This document shows positions 8,868-18,700 of a stretch of DNA of 42,402 nucleotides, one piece after another. Each line of letters opens with the position of its first letter. Position 1 is the first letter of the stretch. The notes below the pieces were generated by a model that had not been told where the DNA came from, ran no database searches, and saw nothing but the letters and a program-made list of their open reading frames with translations. The position numbers and the translations under genes are program-made. Source of the stretch: a virus; IMG/VR virus record IMGVR_UViG_3300045988_014198. One strand, written 5' to 3'.

Positions 8868-9881
8868 ATGACAAGAACGATCCCGCTGAAAATACAGAAT
8901 GAATACATCGCCGGTGACAAGGTGCTGATCGGCGCGGCGGGAAGCCACAATGATGTGGTGCTGCGGATGGAGTTCTCCCCCATGTGGGAGGGGCTGGCGA
9001 AAACGGTACAGTTCTGCGATGCGCTGGGCGAGAGCACCGTGGAGGTGCTGCTGGCTGCACAAATGCTGGAGAGCGATACCACCAACGTCTACCTTGTGCC
9101 GGTGCCGAATGGAGCGAAAAAGTACGCGGGAGATATGGCGCTTGCCATCAAGGGGGCAGAGGCTTCCGGCGGCAAAGAGGCGCGGGCGACTACGGCGGTA
9201 TACGGTACCTTTACGGTGGGCGAAAGCAAGTGGAGCGGCAGCGCAGAAACGGAACAGGATGTGCCGCCTACACAGGCAGCGCAGATGCAGACACAGATCG
9301 AAGTTATCATCGGAACGATAGCGGATGCACGATCCGCCGCCGAAGATGCCGAGAAAAGCAAAAATGCCGCCAAACAAAGTGAAATCAGCGCGGCATATAA
9401 CGCCAATGCCGCAAGAGAAAGCGGAACGAAAGCGGCGGCAAGCGCGGAAAGCGCCAAACAAGATGCCGTTTCAGCAAAAAGTGACGCCGTTTCATCCGGA
9501 CAGTCCGCAGCAAAGGCGGAAAGCGCCGTTGGGAAATACCCGTATTTAGGCGGGGACGGATACTGGATGCTATGGGATCCGGAAAGCGGCAGCTTTTACA
9601 AAAGCAGCATCAGCGGAAAAGGAAAAACCGGCCCGACGGGAGCCACCGGGCAACAGGGCATCCCCGGCAAGGACGGTGCTCCGGGCAAGGACGGTGCTCC
9701 CGGCAAGGACGGTGCGCCCGGTGAAAAGGGCGATACAGGCCCAGCTGGCGCGTTGGTTGAGGCGGATGGCATGTATGGTTTTCGGATCGATGAGACCGGA
9801 CATCTGATCCTGTCTTATACGGGGAACGTACCTCCGAATCTCTCCATTAACAGCGCCGGTCATTTAATACTGACAGTGTAA
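8868..9881 (+). CDS. Collagen-like tail fibre / appendage protein
   Basis: Contains a G-x-x triplet run, GKGKTGPTGATGQQGIPGKDGAPGKDGAPGKDGAPGEKGDTGPAG. It is preceded by an A/S/E/K-rich helical stalk (SAESAKQDAVSAKSDAVSSGQSAAKAES). Confidence 0.7.
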   Translation: MTRTIPLKIQNEYIAGDKVLIGAAGSHNDVVLRMEFSPMWEGLAKTVQFCDALGESTVEVLLAAQMLESDTTNVYLVPVPNGAKKYAGDMALAIKGAEASGGKEARATTAVYGTFTVGESKWSGSAETEQDVPPTQAAQMQTQIEVIIGTIADARSAAEDAEKSKNAAKQSEISAAYNANAARESGTKAAASAESAKQDAVSAKSDAVSSGQSAAKAESAVGKYPYLGGDGYWMLWDPESGSFYKSSISGKGKTGPTGATGQQGIPGKDGAPGKDGAPGKDGAPGEKGDTGPAGALVEADGMYGFRIDETGHLILSYTGNVPPNLSINSAGHLILTV

Positions 9882-9893
9882 GGAGGAACAAAA

Positions 9894-11027
9894 ATGCCTG
9901 AAATTGATTTGGGACTGGTGGTCGGCCCAGCTGGCGCGCAAGGCGCGACAGGCCCAGCAGGTGCAGAAGGAAAACAGGGCGAACGAGGGCTTCCCGGCAA
10001 GGACGGTGCGCCCGGTGCGCAGGGAGACCCCGGTGCTGACGGGAAAAGCGCATACGAAACGGCATCTGCCAGTGGCTATGTCGGCTCAGAGACGCAATTT
10101 GGGCGTGATCTTGCAGACGTACAAAACGCCGTCAAGTACAATGCCCCGCAAACCCTGACCGACGCCCAGAAGGAGCAGGCTCGGTCAAACATCGGCGCAC
10201 CTGCACCGTATACGGCGGGAGATGGTATCGCCATCAGCGGCAGCGTCATCGCTGCCAAAGTGCAGCCCTGCAACCGGAACCTGCTGGACAACTGGTATTT
10301 CGGCAATCCGGTAAATCAGCGGGACGTCAGCGGCACCATCAGCAGCGCAGGGTATTTTCTGGACCGCTGGAAGCTGGTGAGCGGCAGCGTGACGATCAAC
10401 ACGGACGGCATCACGCTGAACGGAACCATGCAGCAGGTGTTGGAGACTGCGCCGGTCGGCACGGTGACGGCATCTGCCCTGACGCAGGCCGGAGTGGGCG
10501 AGGTGGTGCCGACTTACAACAGCGAAACCAAGACGGTCACAGTCACGGCGGAGGGGGAAAAACTCGTGGCCGTCAAACTGGAGTTGGGGACGGAGCAGAC
10601 GCTGGCCCATCAGAACAGCAGCGGCGCGTGGGTGTTGAACGAGATGCCCGACTACGGTGAGGAGCTGACCAAGTGCATGCGCTATCTCCAGATCATCTCC
10701 ACGCCCTACGACACCTCCGGCAACGGCGTGGCCATCGGGTACGCCAACAACACCGTCGACCTGTGGGTACCCATCCCGCTGGCTGTTCCCATGCGCATAT
10801 CGCCTACACCCACCATCCCAACCGGCGGCGTATCGCGTTTCAAGGCGGGCAAAACGTCCAGCGACGTGAAGGACGTCACCAGGGCCACGGGCGGCTGGGC
10901 GATGCAGACCGGCGGGGCTTGCAGCATGCGAAGCCTGATCTTTACGTCCAGCGGCCTGACGGCGGGCGAGACCTACGCCCTGTTCATGCGGCAAGGGGCA
11001 CAGATCGTGCTCAGCGCCGAGTTGTAG
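9894..11027 (+). CDS. Collagen-like tail fibre / putative receptor-binding protein
   Basis: N-terminal G-x-x run (GPAGAQGATGPAGAEGKQGERGLPGKDGAPGAQGDPGADG) followed by a ~300-aa beta-rich C-terminal domain. RBS is AAGGAGGAA. Confidence 0.7.
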   Translation: MPEIDLGLVVGPAGAQGATGPAGAEGKQGERGLPGKDGAPGAQGDPGADGKSAYETASASGYVGSETQFGRDLADVQNAVKYNAPQTLTDAQKEQARSNIGAPAPYTAGDGIAISGSVIAAKVQPCNRNLLDNWYFGNPVNQRDVSGTISSAGYFLDRWKLVSGSVTINTDGITLNGTMQQVLETAPVGTVTASALTQAGVGEVVPTYNSETKTVTVTAEGEKLVAVKLELGTEQTLAHQNSSGAWVLNEMPDYGEELTKCMRYLQIISTPYDTSGNGVAIGYANNTVDLWVPIPLAVPMRISPTPTIPTGGVSRFKAGKTSSDVKDVTRATGGWAMQTGGACSMRSLIFTSSGLTAGETYALFMRQGAQIVLSAEL

Positions 11028-11038
11028 GAGGTGACCGG

Positions 11039-11368
11039 ATGGAAGCGTGGACAAATGTCGGCGTACCGCTGATCGTGGCGCTGCTGACCTCAACCGCTTT
11101 GTGGGGCGTGGTGAGCAAGGTGATCCTCAAGCGGATGGAGCTGACGGCCAAGCGCAGCAAGGCCGACGATGCGGAGCGGAAGATGCTGGTGGGGCTTGCC
11201 CACGACCGCATCATCCACCTCGGCATGGTGTACATCGAGCGGGGCTACGTCACACAGGACGAGTATGAGAACTTGCAGGTGTATCTATATGAGCCGTATG
11301 AGGAGATGGGCGGCAACGGCAGCGCACGGCGCGTCATGGAGGAAGTGCGGAAGCTGCCCATACGGTGA
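11039..11368 (+). CDS. Single-pass membrane protein, lysis-cassette associated
   Basis: ATG 11039 follows TAGGAGGTGA. It has an N-terminal TM segment (VGVPLIVALLTSTALWGVV) and lies immediately upstream of the holin. Confidence 0.5.
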   Translation: MEAWTNVGVPLIVALLTSTALWGVVSKVILKRMELTAKRSKADDAERKMLVGLAHDRIIHLGMVYIERGYVTQDEYENLQVYLYEPYEEMGGNGSARRVMEEVRKLPIR

Positions 11369-11408
11369 GACAAAATGGAACAGGCCGACAGGCCGGAAAG
11401 GAATTGTT

Positions 11409-11624
11409 ATGAAGCTGAACAACAAGGTATACGACATTCTCAAGTGGTTGGTCATCATCGTTATGCCCGCCGTGGCCACGCTGTACGCAGCGTTGGCGGC
11501 GGTGTGGGCGTGGCCCTATGCTGACGAGGTGGTGACCACCATCACCGCCGTGGACACGTTCCTCGGCGCGGTGCTGTGCATCAGCACGGCACAGTACCAC
11601 AAGGAGGCTGGCAACAATGGCTAA
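11409..11624 (+). CDS. Holin (Dp-1 / LL-H type pattern)
   Basis: 71 aa. KLNNKVYDILKWLVIIVMPAVATLYAALAAVWAWPY..VVTTITAVDTFLGAVL matches the Dp-1-type holin pattern. It overlaps the endolysin start. Confidence 0.75.
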   Translation: MKLNNKVYDILKWLVIIVMPAVATLYAALAAVWAWPYADEVVTTITAVDTFLGAVLCISTAQYHKEAGNNG

Positions 11625-12417
11625 TAGAGTGTATCTGTCCCCCAGTAACCAGCGAAGCAACAGCTATGCGGTGGGCGACACTACCGAGGCCATCCAGTGC
11701 GGGCGCATCGCAGAGGCTTGTAAGGCCGCGCTGGAGCGCTCCGGTGTGGAGGTGATGCTGGGGCAGTACGACACTATGGCAAACCGTGTGGCGGCGTCCA
11801 ACCGCTTTGGGGCTGATTTGCACGTCCCCATCCATTCCAACGCCTGCAACGGAAAAGCCAGCGGTACGCATCTGTTCTGTTACAGCCCCGATAAGGCAAG
11901 CGCAGGGTACAAGGCGTGTAAGGCTGTGATGGATGTACTGGGACCCGTGACGCCGGGTGCGCCGGACGTTATTCGCGCTTATCCAAGCCTGTACGAAGTG
12001 AAGTACCCCGCCGCGCCAACGGTATACATCGAGGTAGATTTCCACGATGTGGTCCACATCGCGGAGTGGATTATTAACCATACGACGCTCATCGGTGAGA
12101 CCATCGCCAAGGGCCTCTGCGCGGCGCTGGGCGTACCCTTTGTGGCGAGGGATGATGCGGAGCCAGCCCCGTCACCTGCACCTGCCGAAACGGTTTCTGT
12201 GGCTGTACGCGTGCTGCGTCGCGGCATGAAAGGCGCAGATGTGAAGACCCTGCAAGCGGCGCTGATCGCCTACGGCTGCTCCTGCGGAGCTGCCGGTGCG
12301 GACGGCGACTTTGGCGGCGGCACGGAGACGGCGCTGAAGAAGTTCCAGACCAAGTACAAGCTTGGTGCGGACGGTATCGCCGGTAAAGGCACCTGGGGCA
12401 AGCTGCTGGGGGAGTAA
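11617..12417 (+). CDS. Endolysin: N-acetylmuramoyl-L-alanine amidase with C-terminal PG_binding_1 domain
   Basis: The N-terminus (VYLSPSNQ...GADLHVPIHSNA...YIEVDFHD) is Amidase_3-like. The C-terminus (LRRGMKGADVKTLQAAL...DGDFGGGTETALKKFQ...GLGADGIAGKGTW) is a classic peptidoglycan-binding repeat. Confidence 0.85.
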   Translation: MANRVYLSPSNQRSNSYAVGDTTEAIQCGRIAEACKAALERSGVEVMLGQYDTMANRVAASNRFGADLHVPIHSNACNGKASGTHLFCYSPDKASAGYKACKAVMDVLGPVTPGAPDVIRAYPSLYEVKYPAAPTVYIEVDFHDVVHIAEWIINHTTLIGETIAKGLCAALGVPFVARDDAEPAPSPAPAETVSVAVRVLRRGMKGADVKTLQAALIAYGCSCGAAGADGDFGGGTETALKKFQTKYKLGADGIAGKGTWGKLLGE

Positions 12418-12428
12418 GGAGGTGCGGC

Positions 12429-12776
12429 ATGACAGTAACGGGAACGATCTCCAAGGCGGATGAGCTGCGGATGAATACCATCAGCGACGAGCAAAAGGCG
12501 GCGTGGGTGATGGGACTGGATAAGGAGATCGCAGAACGGATATGCACAGAATCTCGCGTACACGACTGGCCCACGGGGGACGGGGAGCTGCTGCTCCCTT
12601 CCCCCTATGACCGGGTATATGTGCTGTATCTGTGCAGCCAAATTGACTACTACAACAACGAAACAGCGCTGTACGGCAACGACAAAGCCGTGTATGACGA
12701 GGCGCTGGGTGAGGCGCTGGCGTGGTGGCGGCGGAACAACTGCCCTGCGTATGGCGGAAGTGTGCAGGTGATGTGA
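12429..12776 (+). CDS. Hypothetical structural protein (possible head-tail adaptor)
   Basis: 115-aa ORF whose stop overlaps the next start (TGATG). The adaptor assignment is by position only. Confidence 0.45.
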   Translation: MTVTGTISKADELRMNTISDEQKAAWVMGLDKEIAERICTESRVHDWPTGDGELLLPSPYDRVYVLYLCSQIDYYNNETALYGNDKAVYDEALGEALAWWRRNNCPAYGGSVQVM

Positions 12777-14314
12777 TGCGAATGCCGGAATTGCCGTATG
12801 ATCTGCGGCCAAACAAAGTGGATATTGTACAGATGCGCGGCATCAACTGGTCAGATGCGCTGAAAGACGGCGATTTACGGGATAGCCTGAATGTGTCTGC
12901 CAGACGGTGGCCCTATATTACCACGCGAAAAGGCCGCGTGAAAAAAGACCCCTATAAGAACGCCACGGCAATGACGGCATGGGGAAAGCTGGTCGTGGTA
13001 CAGGGGACATCTCTGCTGTATGATGGGAAAAAGATCGGGACAGTGACAGCAGGGCAAAAGCAGTTCGCCGTGATCAACACGAAGATGGTGATATGGCCGG
13101 ACAAGGTGTATCTGGATATTAACTCCAAAAAAATAAAGCCGCTGGCGGCGACGGTGACGGGAAGCAAAGCCAAGTTTACGAAGAATAAAATGACGGTAAG
13201 CGGGTGGACGGACCTGACAACGCTTTTCAAGGCGGGCGACGGAGTTACGCTATCCGGCTGTGTGACGCAGAGCGCGAACAATAAGGATTTTGTGATCAAA
13301 ACCGTCACTGCCAAGGAAATCACCGTGGCGGACAATACCTTTACGGAGGCGACGGAAACCAGCACAAGCATCAAGATAGAGCGAAAAATTCCGGATCTTG
13401 ATTTTATCTGCGAAAGCGAAAACCGGTTATGGGGGTGCAACAGTACAACACAGACACTGTACGCCAGTGCGCTGGGAGACCCCACCAACTTTTATGTGTA
13501 CGAAGGACTTTCAACGGATTCCTATACGCTGGCGGTCGGCACGGATGGGAAATTTACAGGGTGCTGCAAGCTCAGCTCTTCCGTGTTGTTTTGGAAGGAA
13601 ACAAAACTGCACAAGATGCTGGGCGGCTATCCGGCAGAATATTCCATGTACACTTACGAGCTGGAAGGTCTGCAAGATGGGTGTCACAAGAGCCAGCAGG
13701 TCATTAACGACACGCTGTTTTACAAAGGGCCTCACGGGGTGTACGCCTATTCCGGCGGTACGCCCACGCTGATCAGCGAGAATTTCGGCGAGAAAGTTTT
13801 TTCGGACGCGGTGGCAGGAAACGACGGAGACAGATATTACCTGAGCGTAAAAGACGGTGACACAAGCCGCCTGATGGTGTACGAGACCAAAACAGGCATT
13901 TGGGTGCTGGAGGATGAGACAAAGGCGGTAGATTTTGCGCGGCTGGGTCGGCAGCTTTATATGCTGGACGGCAGCGGAAACATTTATCTGCTGGATGGAG
14001 AGGAAACGCCGCAGACGCAGATGTGGATGGTGCAATTTGCGCCGATGTATGAAACGCTGAACGGGAAAAAAGCGTATTCACGGATGCTGATGCGGGTGGA
14101 ATTGCCGGTGGGAAGCTATGTGATCGTCAAAATGCGCTGCGATGGAAAGCCGTGGAAGGAGTGCGGAAGACTGATTGGACGCGAGGTCAATGTGACGCGG
14201 ATGCGGTTTGCTGCAAACCGTTGCGATAAATTTGAGCTTCGGTTGGAGGGAAAAGGCCCGTGCGCGGTTCTCGGTATATCCAGAGAATTTATTTTGGGGA
14301 GTGATGTGACGTGA
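12776..14314 (+). CDS. Putative tail hub/nozzle-type structural protein (beta-propeller-like repeats)
   Basis: 512 aa with repeated beta-strand-rich blocks (YAYSGGTP, YYLSVKDGD, LMVYETKTGIW, LYMLDGSGNIYLLDG). Function is inferred from size, position and composition. Confidence 0.45.
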   Translation: MRMPELPYDLRPNKVDIVQMRGINWSDALKDGDLRDSLNVSARRWPYITTRKGRVKKDPYKNATAMTAWGKLVVVQGTSLLYDGKKIGTVTAGQKQFAVINTKMVIWPDKVYLDINSKKIKPLAATVTGSKAKFTKNKMTVSGWTDLTTLFKAGDGVTLSGCVTQSANNKDFVIKTVTAKEITVADNTFTEATETSTSIKIERKIPDLDFICESENRLWGCNSTTQTLYASALGDPTNFYVYEGLSTDSYTLAVGTDGKFTGCCKLSSSVLFWKETKLHKMLGGYPAEYSMYTYELEGLQDGCHKSQQVINDTLFYKGPHGVYAYSGGTPTLISENFGEKVFSDAVAGNDGDRYYLSVKDGDTSRLMVYETKTGIWVLEDETKAVDFARLGRQLYMLDGSGNIYLLDGEETPQTQMWMVQFAPMYETLNGKKAYSRMLMRVELPVGSYVIVKMRCDGKPWKECGRLIGREVNVTRMRFAANRCDKFELRLEGKGPCAVLGISREFILGSDVT

Positions 14315-14670
14315 TCGTATTTCCGGAGAGCCTAAACGCTATACCAAAATCAGACCCTGAGACTGCGTTCCAAATCATCGAGGACTATATCAGGTATATG
14401 TGTCAGCGGACAGATTGGGCCATCAGTAATGTTGGCAAAACAGTCAGTGCGGCAGGCGTTTCCAGTGCAGAGATTTACATTTTGCTGACTGCGCTTCAAA
14501 ACACAGTGTCCGCATTGCAGAGCACAGTGAACAGCCACAGTGCCAGCATATCTGCACTGCTGCAAAGCGTTACGACACTGAGCAATGACCAAACTGCGCT
14601 GGCTGGCCGCGTGACGGCACTGGAACAGCGCGTGACGGCACTGGAAAACAACAACACGGAGGGCACATAA
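14311..14670 (+). CDS. Coiled-coil structural protein
   Basis: 119 aa with heptad-like repeats (VSALQSTVNSHSASISALLQSVTTLSNDQTALAGRVTALEQRVTALEN). It overlaps both neighbours. Confidence 0.5.
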   Translation: MIVFPESLNAIPKSDPETAFQIIEDYIRYMCQRTDWAISNVGKTVSAAGVSSAEIYILLTALQNTVSALQSTVNSHSASISALLQSVTTLSNDQTALAGRVTALEQRVTALENNNTEGT

Positions 14671-15725
14671 TGGATATCAGAAAAAAATACGACGATATTG
14701 GGAAGAAAAAAACCACACTGCCGTCTTTGGCAAATGCCATTGAGAAATCTTGGGGGGTCGGCCCCTACAACATTGGCAACATCAACGGCTCCCGGAGCAC
14801 CATAACGCCCACGCCAAGCATTGCAGGGGCTGTTTCCGGTGCGGCACCTCGGAACTATTCAACCACGGGACCGACCGCAGCGGTTACTGGTGCGATTACC
14901 GGCGCTATTCCGCGAACACCGAGCGGGCTTTCCCCGGATGCTGTTCTTGCCGGGGCGATCCGTGGCGGCGCAGGCATTGCCTTCTTGCCGACGGATACCG
15001 GCAGAGGCGGGGCATCCAGCGGCGGAACTTATGGATCGAATCAGCAGGTAACCCTCCCCGCCAGCATTGACGAGCTGCCCACCTACAACAGCGAGTACAT
15101 GGACACGCTGAATGAGTTGGCCAAACAGCTGATCAGCATGAACTACGATGACTGGACAAAGGGCAGTCAGTATCAGGCGTTGGCTGACCGGTACGGGAAT
15201 AACGGGCGGATGAGCATGCAGGACGTTCTTGGGCAGGTGGCCAGCCGCACCGGCGGCCTTGCCTCCAGCTATGCCACCACGGCGGCGCAGCAGCAGTACA
15301 ACCAGTACATGGCGCAGCTGGAGGAGGTAGCGCGGCAGATGTACTCGCAGGATCGAAGCGATTTGCTGGACAACGCCAATTTGTACCGAAATCTGGCCAA
15401 TGACGAGTACGATCGGTACCGCGACAGTCTGAGCGATTACAACACGCAAAAGGCGGCGATACGGGCGGCAGGAAGTGCGTACGGAAGTGGCGGATCCAGC
15501 GGAGGCGGTGAATCAAGTATCCAGAGATTGAAGTCGCAGAGCGGAACGCAAAACTCGAAGGGCGTATCTGATTACAGCGCAACAAAAAACAACATTCTGA
15601 TGTATGCCAGCCGAGGCATGGATTCAGTTGCAAACCGGATCGTTGCTCAGGTATGGGATCAGCTGACACCAGCCCAGCAAAAGGATCTTGCCAATACGCT
15701 GGAAGGCAAGGGGTGGAAAGAGTAA
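14670..15725 (+). CDS. Hypothetical virion protein (Gly/Ala/Ser/Thr-rich N-terminal half, Q/Y-rich helical C-terminal half)
   Basis: 351-aa ORF. Its ATG overlaps the upstream TAA, and it precedes the giant virion protein. No family recognised. Confidence 0.5.
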   Translation: MDIRKKYDDIGKKKTTLPSLANAIEKSWGVGPYNIGNINGSRSTITPTPSIAGAVSGAAPRNYSTTGPTAAVTGAITGAIPRTPSGLSPDAVLAGAIRGGAGIAFLPTDTGRGGASSGGTYGSNQQVTLPASIDELPTYNSEYMDTLNELAKQLISMNYDDWTKGSQYQALADRYGNNGRMSMQDVLGQVASRTGGLASSYATTAAQQQYNQYMAQLEEVARQMYSQDRSDLLDNANLYRNLANDEYDRYRDSLSDYNTQKAAIRAAGSAYGSGGSSGGGESSIQRLKSQSGTQNSKGVSDYSATKNNILMYASRGMDSVANRIVAQVWDQLTPAQQKDLANTLEGKGWKE

Positions 15726-15740
15726 TGGGAGGAAAGGCGC

Positions 15741-18700
15741 ATGGCTAACGGAACGGTAAAAATGCCGGTGGTCAACACAAAAAAGCAGAAGCAGGGCAGC
15801 GCGCTGGAGATGCCGGTAGTCAATACAAAGAAACAACGCGCTTCCGCAGATACCGTAAAAGCAGATACGTCAGGGCAAAAAAACGCGGCGAAGCAGACGG
15901 GGCAGACAAATTACCGTGAGGTCGATCCACTTCCCAATATTGCGAATACCGGTGCTCTCGGCGCGGGAAATTATGGTGCGGACAAGCAGGCCAACGATGG
16001 GTACAACTATGGAAAGGGCCTGCTGAAAGCGGGAGGCATGGGTCTTTCGGCTATCGCACGAGATGTGACCGCGCCGCTGGCCTTTGGAGAGCGCACGGTG
16101 GCCAAGGGCTGGAACGCGCTGTTTGGAAATATCGCACCGATGAACGAGCGCGGTTTTTTCAACGCATGGGACGAAAATATTGCCCTCGAACAGGAGGGGC
16201 TGCAGCAGAAGTACGCGGAAAACACTGCCAAGGGCGGCCAGTATGCGGAGAAGGGGGAGAATCTGTTGGCGTCTGCGGTGGAGGCGCTGCCCTCGCTGGC
16301 CATCGCCTTCGCCACCGGCGGCACCAGCGCGGCGGCAAAGGCGGGCACCTTGGCAGCGCAGACGGCGGCCAAGAGTTCCCCCGCGCTGGTGCAGACGCTG
16401 AAGAATGTGGCGGCGGCCCGCGCCAAAGATCCCAACTATCTCTTCAGCGCGGCGCAGATCTTCTCCCACAGCTACAACGACGCAAAGACGGAGGGCGTAG
16501 ATGATAAGCGGGCCGCGCTGTACGCTATCGGGAACGCGCTGCTGGGGTCGGAGATCGAGATCAGCGGCGGTATTCAAAACCTGCCCGGAAAGGTGGCGAA
16601 CCAGGCGGCGTGGCGGACGCTGGTGAACACCATGCTGGACGAAGGCAAGGAGGAGGTTTTGCAGGGCATCATCGACCGAACACTGCAAAATGCGGTATAT
16701 GATGCCGATAATCCGTATTTTGGCGTAAACGAAAACGCGATTTTTGATCCAGGAACCGCTGCCGAAGAGTTTGCTGGAGGCGCGATCGTCGGCGGATTGC
16801 TGTCCGGCGGCACAATGGGCGTGAATACCCTTGCCAACCGTGTAGCGTATGGCGCAGCAAAAGCACAGTACAACCGAGACGTGCGGCAGAACACCGCGCC
16901 GGAGATGAACGAAAAGGCTTCGGAGGCGGTGGAGGCTGTGACGCGGGGCGAGACCATCACAGGCAATCAGGCGGCGGCTATCGCCCGTGACCCGGTGGCG
17001 GTGGAGGTGCTGGAGCAGCGCACCGGCGTGAAGCTGGACACGGACAAGCCGATCAGCCAGGTAAAACGGGACATTGCGGGGCTTGCAAGCCGCGAGGCGG
17101 CGCATGAAACGCAGAGAGCTACACCTCCCTCCCCTGCTGTGCAGAAACGCGCAGAGAAGCGCGTAGGCGGCTTTTTGGAAAACGGGCAAAAGGCGTATCA
17201 GGAAATGAGCCGGACGGCAGAGGATGCACCTTCCCTGTATGCAGGATTTTCCAGCGTGTACAACGCGGGACTGAACGGCATCGAAGCGGACAAGGCCAAG
17301 GGCAAGTACGCGGCGATGCTGACGCCGGAGCAGCGGTACGCGGCGTACAATGCTGGGCTGGAGGACGCACGGGCGCAAGTGGCACGGGAGAACGCGGAGG
17401 TAGCATCCGTGACAACCACGGCGGGTGCCGGTCTGGCGGACAACGAGTACAGCCGGGCCATTATTGCCAAAAGCAAGAACACGGCGTCCGTTTTTAATGC
17501 TGTCGGCAAAAAGCTGGGCGTGCGCATTGAATTTGTGGATAAGGTCATGGGCGGCAAAGCCAACGGCCAGTACATCCGGGAGCAGAACCTAATCCAGATC
17601 GCAACCGACAGGAAAAAACCGTATCTGCCGGTGGCGGCGCACGAGATCACCCACCGGATGCAGGACCTTGCGCCCAACGAATACCGGGAGTTCCGCAAGG
17701 CGGCTCTGGAATACCGGATGCGGGAAAACGGCGCGGACACCGAGGCTGAATGGGTCGATACATACATCGAAATCGCGGAACAGGACGGCGTGACGCTGAC
17801 GCAGGACGAAGCGATGGACGAGATCGCGGCGGACTTCGCCGGGGAAATGCTGGACAATATCGACTTGTTCGAGCGCTTCACCAAGGAAAACCGCACCGTG
17901 GCGCAAAAGCTGCTGGACAGTCTGAAGGAGTTTATTGGCAAGGTCAAGTCTATCTTTACCGGCAACGCCAGAGAAAAGGCGGCGCAGGATGCCTACGGCA
18001 AGAGCTTTGGCGAACTGGAAGCCGTGGCACAGAAATGGCAGACGGCCTTTGACGCGGCGGCGAAACGTGCTATAATCAACACAGAAAAGACTTTTACGGA
18101 GGGCGCAGAATATGAACGAGAAGGACGAGCTGGTAAAGAAGCTTATGGACGCGGCGAAGAAGAAGGGCGAGCAGCCGGACGAGGAGAGGATCAAACAGTT
18201 CGTGGAGAGTTTTCTTCTTCTTCTGGACGACACGGAGAAATAGGCGCAGATTTTGGAGAGAAACCTTATCGCGCATGGGTAAGCGGCAATACTATTGCAC
18301 CGGGCGTCGGTTCTGTATCTTATGATGCGCAGAAAACGGCGGCGGAATTTCGCGTGCCCAGTTTTGTGGTATCCGATACTGCATGGGTAAAGGAACGTGG
18401 CGCCAATTCTTCGCCAGCGTTTTCCGTTCACGGGCAGATATATTTCCGCGAAACCGCACCGGAGAGAAACCGTGGTATGCTGGCACCGCACGAAATTACA
18501 CACGTCATGGCTCAGACGGGGTTTTCGCCCTATATTGATTTTGTTGAACGCACCCCGAGTATGCTGAACATGAGTGATCCGGTCACGCAAATTCTGCTTG
18601 AGCAGGTGGCCGCGCATCAAGGTGCGACAATAGAAACGGCAGACCCCGCACACCTGTACGACGAGTTTAACGCCACGATGTATGGGCACATTGCCTCTGG

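Noticed and set aside
14681-14713. A7 and A8 runs in the first 15 codons of 14670-15725 as possible transcriptional-slippage or frameshift sites.
   Set aside because: The runs simply encode Lys-Lys(-Lys) and are shorter than tracts known to slip efficiently. No alternative-frame ORF of meaningful length follows.
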